Shown piece after piece: positions 26,521 through 32,859 of a DNA stretch of 53,030 bases (its first letter is position 1; every line of letters begins with the position of its first letter). This stretch comes from a virus, in IMG/VR virus record IMGVR_UViG_3300012971_000007, positions 1 through 53,030 of that record. The stretch is one strand, 5' to 3'. The position numbers and the translations under genes were made by a program. The notes under the pieces were generated by a model, which was not told where the DNA came from, ran no database searches, and was given only the letters and a program-made list of their open reading frames with translations.

Positions 26521-27074
26521 GTGACTTCACCGACCGGCTGATGTTCGAGGCCCGGAAGATGCTCGGGGTGCGTGAAGAGGGCGGCGCGAACCGGGGCACG
26601 ATGATCGACATCTGGAACCGGGAAGCCGGGGCCCCGGTCGGCTCGCCCTGGTGCGCCTCCTTTGTCCACGCCATGCACAAGGCGGCATCGGACTACCTCG
26701 GGATCTTCAATCCCTGCCCCCGGACTGCTTCGACGCACGCCCTATGGACAATGGCAGATCCGGCTAGCAAGTCATCGCTCCCTGCGCCTGGTGACGTGTT
26801 CGTGGTCGACCATGGCCTGGACGCCGAAGGCAATCGGATCGGCCACTGCGGGATTGTCATCGCCGTGACGCCGGATGGTCAGACGATCGTGTCGATCGAA
26901 GGCAACACGAACGCCGCCGGCAGCCGAGAAGGGGATAGCGTCGCCCAGCACACCTGGCGCCCCCGTGACGGGAAGCGCGGCACGCTGCTGGGATACATCG
27001 CCTTCGATCCTGGCCAGGCGCCCGCCGATCCGGAAGCGAAAGACGATGCCCAAGCCCACGGGGAAACAACCTGA
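26517..27074 (+). CDS. Endolysin, CHAP / NlpC-P60-type peptidoglycan hydrolase
   Basis: Contains GGANRGTMIDIWN...GSPWCASFV...GHCGIVIAV...IEGNTN, with the catalytic Cys and His in their usual contexts. Confidence 0.75.
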   Translation: MSDFTDRLMFEARKMLGVREEGGANRGTMIDIWNREAGAPVGSPWCASFVHAMHKAASDYLGIFNPCPRTASTHALWTMADPASKSSLPAPGDVFVVDHGLDAEGNRIGHCGIVIAVTPDGQTIVSIEGNTNAAGSREGDSVAQHTWRPRDGKRGTLLGYIAFDPGQAPADPEAKDDAQAHGETT

Positions 27075-27291
27075 CGATCCATTTGGGCCGGAAGAAGCGA
27101 CCGTCGTAGAGCTACGCCCGGACGACTACGACACCCCGCCATCCGTCCCCCGCTGCACCGAATGCGGCGCGATCGTTTTCGTGGACGACTACGAGACGAT
27201 AGAGTTTCCCAACGACCGCTGCTTGCGCTCGCGCACCGAAACCTGGCATTGGTGCTGCAAGCTGCGCAAGTCGGTAACGTTCGTCCGGTAG
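27046..27291 (+). CDS. Small Cys-containing protein (81 aa), uncertain
   Basis: ATG 27046 is in frame with track ORF 26875-27291. It has CTECG...WHWCC and overlaps the endolysin end by 29 nt. Confidence 0.4.
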   Translation: MPKPTGKQPDDPFGPEEATVVELRPDDYDTPPSVPRCTECGAIVFVDDYETIEFPNDRCLRSRTETWHWCCKLRKSVTFVR

Positions 27292-27292
27292 G

Positions 27293-27376
27293 AGGAGGGT
27301 GGAGGAAATCGAATCCCGGTCTGTCGACCCCATGCCGGGTTTCGGGTCCGGCTGCGCCACCAGGCGCGGCACCCTC
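27293..27376 (-). tRNA. Non-canonical class-II tRNA-like gene (8-bp acceptor, D-stem with tetraloop, long variable arm; anticodon position CGA)
   Basis: Manual fold of the minus strand. Acceptor: GGAGGGUG/CACCCUCC. D arm: GCGCC-UGGU-GGCGC. Anticodon arm: GCCGG(A)-CCCGAAA-(C)CCGGC. Variable arm: GGUC-GACA-GACC. T arm: GGGA-UUCGAUU-UCCU. Confidence 0.4.
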
Positions 27377-27416
27377 CAGGTGCCTAGCGCCGGGATGACG
27401 ACGAAAAGATGTGCCC

Positions 27417-27444
27417 GAACAAAAGGCGCGCTGCGGTTTTCGCG
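27417..27444 (-). terminator. Weak intrinsic-terminator-like hairpin plus T-tract; competes with the permuted-tRNA trailer helix
   Basis: The minus strand reads GCGCG-AAAACCGCAG-CGCGC-C-TTTTGTT. Confidence 0.25.
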
Positions 27445-27518
27445 CTCTGCCACTGAGCTACGGCCGCCCCAACGGGGCGTCCGGCCGGGATCGAACCGGC
27501 GACCTCGACCATGCAAGG
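27439..27518 (-). ncRNA. Circularly permuted tRNA-like unit: 3' half (27518-27475), 8-nt linker, 5' half (27466-27439)
   Basis: The 3' piece is CC-CUUGCAU-GGUCG-AGGUC-GCCGG-UUCGAUC-CCGGC-CGGACGC-C. The 5' piece is GCGGCCG-UA-GCUC-AGUGGCA-GAGC-G-CGA. The acceptor strands pair 6/7. Confidence 0.4.
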
Positions 27519-27555
27519 GTAACGCAACACAAGCGGCTCAGGCACGGACAGCAGT

Positions 27556-27816
27556 CTAATCGTCGATCCGGTGCGCGGCCAGGAATTCGTCGATCTCGAT
27601 CTTGCAGGTGCCAGGTTCCAGCCAGCGAGTGGCCGCCCGTAGCAACTTCAGGGCATGCCGGAAGCTGGCCCGTTCCTTATCGACCGTGAGCGGCATGCCG
27701 CATTCTTCACAGTAGACGTCGCCCGCCTTCGGCGGGCAGCCGTTGACGCACTCACCGGTCGGCAGCACAAGACTGCCGCACAGATCGCACTGGAGAAGAT
27801 CGCCACGGATGATCAT
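27556..27816 (-). CDS. Zinc-ribbon-like small protein (86 aa)
   Basis: Begins MIIRGDLLQCDLCGS...CVNGC...YCEECG. The start at 27816 was chosen because 27820-27886 folds as a tRNA-like element (track start 27858). Confidence 0.55.
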   Translation of the reverse strand: MIIRGDLLQCDLCGSLVLPTGECVNGCPPKAGDVYCEECGMPLTVDKERASFRHALKLLRAATRWLEPGTCKIEIDEFLAAHRIDD

Positions 27817-27819
27817 CGA

Positions 27820-27886
27820 GCCCGCCCCCGGAGTCGAACCGAGCGCCTCAGGACACAAACCCCAGGCGGCAGCCAGCGCGGCGGGC
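27820..27886 (-). tRNA. 67-nt tRNA-like gene with a reduced D arm (anticodon position UGU, Thr-type)
   Basis: Perfect 7-bp acceptor GCCCGCC/GGCGGGC and canonical T arm CUCGG-UUCGACU-CCGGG. The anticodon loop is UUUGUGU. Only 13 nt are available for the D region. Confidence 0.4.
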
Positions 27887-28138
27887 CTACTTCTTCGCCG
27901 GCCTGTCGACGTGCTTACGGGAGTCGTGCTTCGTCGATCCGCACTTGCTGCAATGGCGCCGGCCCTGCTTCCTGGGCGCTGGTGTCGCGTCGGTCAGTTG
28001 CGCAACGTTCGCCGCGAGACGATCGAGCATTTCCCGCGCGCTCGTCTTTGCCTGCTCCCGCAGCACTGCCTTGACCGCATCGGCAGCGGCCCGGAAGATC
28101 CTGTCGATCGCCTCGTCGATCTTCATGCTGGCAGTCAT
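27887..28138 (-). CDS. Hypothetical protein (83 aa) with a basic CxxC tail
   Basis: Track ORF with an ATGA overlap to the upstream mini-ORF. Confidence 0.6.
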   Translation of the reverse strand: MTASMKIDEAIDRIFRAAADAVKAVLREQAKTSAREMLDRLAANVAQLTDATPAPRKQGRRHCSKCGSTKHDSRKHVDRPAKK

Positions 28139-28239
28139 GGCAGGAACCCGAACAGCCAGTCCAGCACCGGCCGGACAACGCCGCTGATCAGCATCCCGGC
28201 AGCCACCAGGGCGACAGTCAGTGAAACCCGCGTGATCAT
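28135..28239 (-). CDS. 34-aa single-TM peptide
   Basis: Sequence MITRVSLTVALVAAGMLISGVVRPVLDWLFGFLP. Its stop overlaps the next ATG (ATGA). Confidence 0.4.
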   Translation of the reverse strand: MITRVSLTVALVAAGMLISGVVRPVLDWLFGFLP

Positions 28240-28273
28240 CCTGCGCGCATTAATGCGCACTGTCTGCCCCGCG

Positions 28274-28492
28274 TCAACCATGGACCGGGCACCTCAGCAG
28301 GGCGACCAGGACACCAGCGCGGGCCAGTGAGTCGATGTGCAGGCAGGCACAGAGCTGGCGCGGCAGCGGGGCGTTGTCGTTCGCGCGGATGCCAGGAGAC
28401 AGGCGCATGACGCGCGGGCGCCGGTCGGTCGGCTCCGTCACGACCACGCCAGCGAAGTCGTCGATTACGATCTTGAATGCAGGTTGCGTCAT
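28274..28492 (-). CDS. Hypothetical protein (72 aa)
   Basis: ATG 28492 is preceded by gaaggtgaaacg. In frame with track ORF 28274-28561. Confidence 0.5.
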   Translation of the reverse strand: MTQPAFKIVIDDFAGVVVTEPTDRRPRVMRLSPGIRANDNAPLPRQLCACLHIDSLARAGVLVALLRCPVHG

Positions 28493-28695
28493 CGTTTCAC
28501 CTTCTTCGGGTCCGTGAACCCGTCTCTCTCCAGCTTCTCCAGGGCCGCCAGCAGCATCCATTTCCCCATGCTGAGCGGGAACGGCTTGACTGCGTTGGCG
28601 GCTGTCTCGATCAGCTTCTTCTGGTCGGCGTTCGGCTTGACCTTGATCTCCAGGAATTCGGCCACGGGTTCAGGATGGGGCAAGACATTACCCAT
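28489..28695 (-). CDS. Small possible DNA-binding protein (68 aa)
   Basis: Begins MGNVLPHPEPVAEFLEIKVK...MGKWMLLAALEKLERD. The ribbon-helix-helix resemblance is weak. Confidence 0.5.
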   Translation of the reverse strand: MGNVLPHPEPVAEFLEIKVKPNADQKKLIETAANAVKPFPLSMGKWMLLAALEKLERDGFTDPKKVKR

Positions 28696-28696
28696 G

Positions 28697-29011
28697 TCAA
28701 GTACGCGCCAGGGCCAGGGCCTTGTCGTGCCCAGCCAGAGCGTCTTCGCGCGAACTGTAGCGGTCCTGGTAGCCGTCATGCGGGCCCCCGAAGATCATCG
28801 TCTCCCAGAGCACGGGCGGCCCCTTGTCGTCGAAGTTGTGATCGAGGCCGAGGAAGACCGTCGAGACATGAACCTTCGCGGGGCCTTCGCCGACGTAGGT
28901 GCTACGGAGCTGCCGGTTGTGCCTGCCGCCGAACCAGCGGGCCCAAACCAACACGTCGTCGCAGGGGATCGGCTGGCCGGCAGCGTCCAGGGTGTAGTGG
29001 GTATGGCGCAT
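28697..29011 (-). CDS. Conserved phage hypothetical protein (104 aa)
   Basis: VSTVFLGLDHNF...PVLWETMIFGG...RYSSREDALAGH is a pattern recalled from many phage genomes (memory only). Function unknown. Confidence 0.7.
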   Translation of the reverse strand: MRHTHYTLDAAGQPIPCDDVLVWARWFGGRHNRQLRSTYVGEGPAKVHVSTVFLGLDHNFDDKGPPVLWETMIFGGPHDGYQDRYSSREDALAGHDKALALART

Positions 29012-29424
29012 CAGATCTTCTCCGGGCGCGGCACGCTGATGAATTCCCAGGTCGGCTCAGGCTTGGGGTGGTCGGGCGGCAGTTTGGCCCAGCGCCTCTC
29101 CACGAAGGCGCGCACCGCCTCTGCCTCGTCGTCCGTGAACGGCAGGCTGTCGCCCTCGGGATTGCGGGCGCACAGGACCATCTTGCCCACCACGATCGTG
29201 TTCTCGCCGATCTGGCGGTTGGGGACCGAACCGTCATTCAGCAGCCCGTTGTCGTCGAACCAGACGTCGCAGATCCTGCCGCTGACCGGCATCGGTCCCA
29301 GGCTGCGCGCGTCAACGCAGTCGCAGTCCGTGTAGCGGTGTAGGTCGGCGAGCTGCACCAAATCGCCCTGGTGTTCGACGACCTGCGCCGGCTGTCCTGG
29401 TTCGATGGTGATGACTTTGCCCAT
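29011..29424 (-). CDS. DUF3846-like protein (137 aa)
   Basis: Contains DVWFDDNGLLNDGSVPN...IVVGKMVLCA. ggagg lies before the ATG and there is an ATGA overlap downstream. Confidence 0.65.
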   Translation of the reverse strand: MGKVITIEPGQPAQVVEHQGDLVQLADLHRYTDCDCVDARSLGPMPVSGRICDVWFDDNGLLNDGSVPNRQIGENTIVVGKMVLCARNPEGDSLPFTDDEAEAVRAFVERRWAKLPPDHPKPEPTWEFISVPRPEKI

Positions 29425-29427
29425 GGT

Positions 29428-29670
29428 TCAGTCCTCCCGAAAACCGAAGTACAGACGCGGGCGGTGGGTGAATTCCAGGCTGCCCCTCTGGCCGTCCGCC
29501 TTGCGCTCCACTACCACGAACGGGGCCGCGAAGCCGATCACGGTGTAGGCCGCCTGCATCTCGGCCGTGGTCAGGATCTCCGTGTGTCCCTGGGCCGCCA
29601 GCTCGATCCGCGCCTTCGCTTCGTCGGGATCGACCTGCTGGCCGTAGTCTTTGATCTGGATGTCGTTCAT
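29428..29670 (-). CDS. Hypothetical protein (80 aa)
   Basis: ATG 29670 is preceded by ggagggcaac. Contains FAAPFVVVERKADGQRGSLEFTHRPRLYF. Confidence 0.65.
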   Translation of the reverse strand: MNDIQIKDYGQQVDPDEAKARIELAAQGHTEILTTAEMQAAYTVIGFAAPFVVVERKADGQRGSLEFTHRPRLYFGFRED

Positions 29671-29768
29671 GTTGCCCTCCAAACGCCGACCGAGGTGCGC
29701 CCCCACTCGTCCGCAGGTCCCCTGCTGCGGCGGCCTTGTTTGGCCGGGGCTTTGATTGATCGGCGGGT

Positions 29769-29798
29769 AATATGTATACCCGGACCTTACCCGGTCAA
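29769..29798 (-). promoter_or_regulatory. Sigma70-like internal promoter with tandem CsGGGTA heptamers
   Basis: The minus strand reads TTGAC-CGGGTAA-GGTC-CGGGTAT-ACATATT. The -35 overlaps the stop of the upstream gene. Confidence 0.4.
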
Positions 29799-30043
29799 GT
29801 GACCGGGGGCGGTTCTGGCTGCGGTGCGTCCTTCGGCGCCGACCGGCGCAGGGCCTTGCCGATCAGCTTGTGCAGGGCGACGAAGTCTTCCCTGGTGAAG
29901 TGGAACCCCTGCGAGCTATACCGGGCCCCGCTGCTGCCGTGCGGGTAGCTGGCGAAGCTGAGGGAGTGCGTGCCGTCGTCGTGGACATGGGCATCGGCCT
30001 GGATCGCCCCGAGGTGCGTGGTGACATGCTTGGAGATCGGCAT
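29795..30043 (-). CDS. Hypothetical protein (82 aa)
   Basis: Begins MPISKHVTTHLGAIQADAHVHDDGTH. The start overlaps the upstream stop (TGATG). Confidence 0.55.
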   Translation of the reverse strand: MPISKHVTTHLGAIQADAHVHDDGTHSLSFASYPHGSSGARYSSQGFHFTREDFVALHKLIGKALRRSAPKDAPQPEPPPVT

Positions 30044-30255
30044 CACGTCACCCCCAGGAAGACGAAGTCCTTGAACGTGAACTTCGGGCAGTTGCAGTGC
30101 GGTACGTCTTCCTGGCGGCAGCTTCCTTGCCCGAAGGCCAGGCTGTCCCAGTGGTGCGAGCGCCGGCACCCGCAGGTGCAGATCTCGTCGATGACCGTCC
30201 GCCCGTCGGGCAGCTTCTTCGGGAACGGTGATTCCGGATTGTGTGAACCCATCAT
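30043..30255 (-). CDS. Cys/His-rich small protein (70 aa), zinc-binding candidate
   Basis: aaaggagac lies before ATGATG. Contains CTCGCRRSHHW...CRQEDVPHCNCPKF. Confidence 0.55.
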   Translation of the reverse strand: MMGSHNPESPFPKKLPDGRTVIDEICTCGCRRSHHWDSLAFGQGSCRQEDVPHCNCPKFTFKDFVFLGVT

Positions 30256-30323
30256 GATCGTGTCTCCTTTCGTGGACCCCATGCGGGCCCCGGTTTCCCG
30301 GGGCCCGAGGTGCGATCCGCGAT

Positions 30324-31391
30324 TCAGCTTTCGGTCGGTTCGTCACCCCCCTTCTCTCCGTCGGGCAGGAAGGTGTCGACGGCGGCGTTGAGTGCACGCG
30401 CCCCCTCCGGCCCGAAGAAGCTGTTGTTCAGCCGGTTCTCGTCCGACTGCCCCCGCTCGTGCGTGAGGAAGTTGGTCATCGCGTTGTAGGCCCCCCACGC
30501 CGTTCCCTTGACGCCCTCGATCTGGGCCCCCGCGCCTTCCTCGAACAGCCGCTCGATCTTCGGGTAGATCAGCGACTTCGGCTCGTCCTTCGTCGGCGTG
30601 GTCTCTTCCGGCCCTCCGAACGCGCCGCCGTTCCCGCCCCCGTTGCCGTTGTCGGGCATGATGGGCTTGGGGAAGGTGGCATCCACGAAGGCCCGGAGCT
30701 GCTTCGTGCTGACGTTCTTCACGCCAGCCAGCCGACGAAAGATCTCGTTCGACTTCTGGAAGGCCCCGTTCGCCCGCAGGATGACCTCCCGCGCCGCCTC
30801 CAGCGTCTCTTCCGCCTTCGCACTGTGCAGGATGCGGATCAGCGTGTTGCCGCTGATCGCAGCGTGCAGCGTGTTCTGGCAGACGACGCGCGTCCGGGTG
30901 AGGCCCGCCCTGATCGCCAGCAGCCCGTCGTGGCCGTGGGCAAGCAGGATGTAGTCCTCCACCGGATCACCCGGGACGATCTCTGTGGTGCCACCGACCA
31001 CCTTGGCCAGCACCCAGACCCGGCCACCCTTCTTCAGCGACCCCGCCGCCTCCAGCGTGGCCAGCTTGGCATCGACGATCGGCTGGAACCAGGCGAACGC
31101 CTTGTCGTTCTGAAGCGCCTGCCACGACTTTCCCACCGTTCCCAGCTCCGTGCCGTCCGACTCCCGGATGACCGCCCACCGATTGGCCGGGACGAAGGAC
31201 GTCACCGCCACTTCACCCTCGACCGTCGGGACGCTTGTGACCATGCGCCCGAGCTGTTCCTTTCGCACTGTCCAGTCCAGACCGGCCAGCTTCAGCGCCT
31301 CGTCGACTGACGGGGGCGCCTCCAGGACCGTGCCGAGCCCGTGCCAGGCCGGCTGCTTGACGAAAAACCCTGTCTCAAATTCGTGACTCAT
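30324..31391 (-). CDS. DUF932 / phage-plasmid TIGR03299-like protein
   Basis: 355 aa from ATG 31391 (gaggacacg precedes it). Contains PAWHGLGTVLE...EALKLAGLDWTV...GGRVWVL...RTRVVCQNTL. Confidence 0.8.
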   Translation of the reverse strand: MSHEFETGFFVKQPAWHGLGTVLEAPPSVDEALKLAGLDWTVRKEQLGRMVTSVPTVEGEVAVTSFVPANRWAVIRESDGTELGTVGKSWQALQNDKAFAWFQPIVDAKLATLEAAGSLKKGGRVWVLAKVVGGTTEIVPGDPVEDYILLAHGHDGLLAIRAGLTRTRVVCQNTLHAAISGNTLIRILHSAKAEETLEAAREVILRANGAFQKSNEIFRRLAGVKNVSTKQLRAFVDATFPKPIMPDNGNGGGNGGAFGGPEETTPTKDEPKSLIYPKIERLFEEGAGAQIEGVKGTAWGAYNAMTNFLTHERGQSDENRLNNSFFGPEGARALNAAVDTFLPDGEKGGDEPTES

Positions 31392-31419
31392 CGTGTCCTC
31401 GCTTTCTTGTTGCGAGCCA

Positions 31420-31447
31420 GTTATATACCCCGATCTTACCCGGACAA
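31420..31447 (-). promoter_or_regulatory. Leftward early promoter candidate
   Basis: The minus strand reads TTGTC-CGGGTAA-GATC-GGGGTAT-ATAAC (-35 TTGTCC, 16-nt spacer, -10 TATAAC). Confidence 0.5.
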
Positions 31448-31462
31448 GGTAAAAAGAGTGCC

Positions 31463-31490
31463 TTGACGGGGTAATAACGGGGCCTATACC
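31463..31490 (+). promoter_or_regulatory. Rightward early promoter candidate, possibly giving a leaderless mRNA
   Basis: TTGAC-GGGGTAA-TAAC-GGGGCCT-ATACC. The -10 ends 7 nt before ATG 31498. Confidence 0.5.
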
Positions 31491-31497
31491 TGCAAAC

Positions 31498-31689
31498 ATG
31501 AAAAACAGCACAACGACACAGCGCCTTCTCGGCGGGACCTTCCGGGCCTGGGAGCGCTACAACCGACTGGGCCAGGGGATCCGGTCCTTCGACCGGGGGA
31601 AGTGGCTGGCACGCCGCGCCGTCAAGTGGTCCCAGGCGTGGGCCCGCCGAGTCAACGTCATCGGGGAGCGCAGCCGTGCAGCCGCGTAA
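31498..31689 (+). CDS. Small basic protein (63 aa), first gene of the rightward operon
   Basis: Track ORF, Arg/Trp-rich, with no SD-like sequence. Confidence 0.5.
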   Translation: MKNSTTTQRLLGGTFRAWERYNRLGQGIRSFDRGKWLARRAVKWSQAWARRVNVIGERSRAAA

Positions 31690-31936
31690 CCCCTACGAGG
31701 CAGCGGCCCGCAGCCGGAAGGTTCTGAAGATCCTGGCCGCCGTCCCGGCGGGGGAGACCGCCGAAGAGATCACCAGGATCGCGGACTGGCTGGCGTCACG
31801 CACTCAGGACGAGCGGAACGCGCTGGCGGCCTGGGCGGGCGTCAACGCCCCAAGCGAAACCACCTGGAACGAGGTGGTCCAAGTTCAACGGTGGCGGCGT
31901 CCGTCTACGCCGCAGGAAGCGATGAAAGGAGACTGA
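31676..31936 (+). CDS. Hypothetical protein (86 aa)
   Basis: Track ORF with a GTG start. Confidence 0.5.
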   Translation: MQPRNPYEAAARSRKVLKILAAVPAGETAEEITRIADWLASRTQDERNALAAWAGVNAPSETTWNEVVQVQRWRRPSTPQEAMKGD

Positions 31937-31939
31937 GAC

Positions 31940-32224
31940 ATGGCGAAACCACGAATGACACAGAGATACTACGACGCACGCGACAAGGCGCAGCGGGGGC
32001 TGGTGAACCTGGCCGAAGCAGCGAGCGAGACCAACCACCTGGGCGGCCTGTTGATGCATCAGGCATCACAGCAATTCGGCGGGCTGTTCGGGGCGATCGA
32101 ACGGGAGCTGTGGGAGGACTGCTCGCGCTGCCACTGGCCGCTGCCGCCGTCGGGCGACTGCGAAAACAAGAAGTGCGAACAGTTGCCCGCCCCGGAGAAA
32201 CCGTCCGTCCTGCTCGCCAACTGA
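31940..32224 (+). CDS. Hypothetical protein (94 aa) with CxxC...CxxxxxC
   Basis: gaaaggag lies before the ATG. Confidence 0.6.
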   Translation: MAKPRMTQRYYDARDKAQRGLVNLAEAASETNHLGGLLMHQASQQFGGLFGAIERELWEDCSRCHWPLPPSGDCENKKCEQLPAPEKPSVLLAN

Positions 32225-32287
32225 CGCACAGCAAATCTGTGCACGGACTGTGCAACCAAGATCATCAACCAAAGGATAAGGAAGTGC

Positions 32288-32539
32288 ATGATGCGTTTGC
32301 GGGGTAGCCGGTTTCGTGTGTGCGGGCGTCTGGACATGGCCAGCCGTCCGAGCTACGGGACGGTCGTCGTCGAGCGCGCAACGGCGGACGCGGACCTGTT
32401 CCATGTCCGACCGTTGCGGCGCCGCCGGGTCTACACGCTGCCGCTGTCGACGGTTGCGGAGATGGTCGTCAGGTCAATCGTCTTGGCCGAGGTGCGGGCC
32501 AAGAAAGCCGCGAAGGCGGCAAGGAGAAAGGCGTCATGA
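32288..32539 (+). CDS. Hypothetical basic protein (83 aa)
   Basis: aaggaag lies before ATGATG. Confidence 0.55.
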   Translation: MMRLRGSRFRVCGRLDMASRPSYGTVVVERATADADLFHVRPLRRRRVYTLPLSTVAEMVVRSIVLAEVRAKKAAKAARRKAS

Positions 32540-32859
32540 AGCGCGTCACGATCAACGTAACGGCCGATCACATTCGGCGCGGCGTCTGCGGCGACATGGG
32601 AAAGTGCCCGATCGCGCTGGCCTGTGTCGACGCCGGCCTGGAATACCCGGCTGTCGATGCCGACCGGATCGATTACGAAGTTGCGCCAGGGCTGCGGGGG
32701 CATTCAACGCCCCCCGTCGCGATCTGTCATTTCGTCGAGAACTTCGACGATGGAAAGCACGTCGATCCGTTCGCGTTCGAAATGGCTGTAGAGGAACTGA
32801 TTGACGTCGATGCGCGGCGTTCGGCAGAGCTGGCGGACGACGATCGGTGGCGGGACTGA
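32536..32859 (+). CDS. Hypothetical protein (107 aa)
   Basis: ATGA overlap. In frame with track ORF 32320-32859. Confidence 0.6.
   Translation: MKRVTINVTADHIRRGVCGDMGKCPIALACVDAGLEYPAVDADRIDYEVAPGLRGHSTPPVAICHFVENFDDGKHVDPFAFEMAVEELIDVDARRSAELADDDRWRD

Noticed and set aside
27476-27548. Treating 27476-27548 (-) as one ordinary tRNA-Ala gene.
   Set aside because: Only the 3' 43 nt are tRNA-like. The would-be 5' acceptor (CUGUCCG) starts with a C-C mismatch, and the 20 nt in the D-arm position cannot form a D stem. The adjacent downstream 5' half fits far better.
27112-27559. Track ORFs 27112-27516 (-), 27162-27398 (+), 27299-27559 (+) and 27411-27689 (+).
   Set aside because: They cross the tRNA-like structures and hairpins, have no start context, and give Arg/Gly/Pro-rich products. 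The region reads better as structured RNA.
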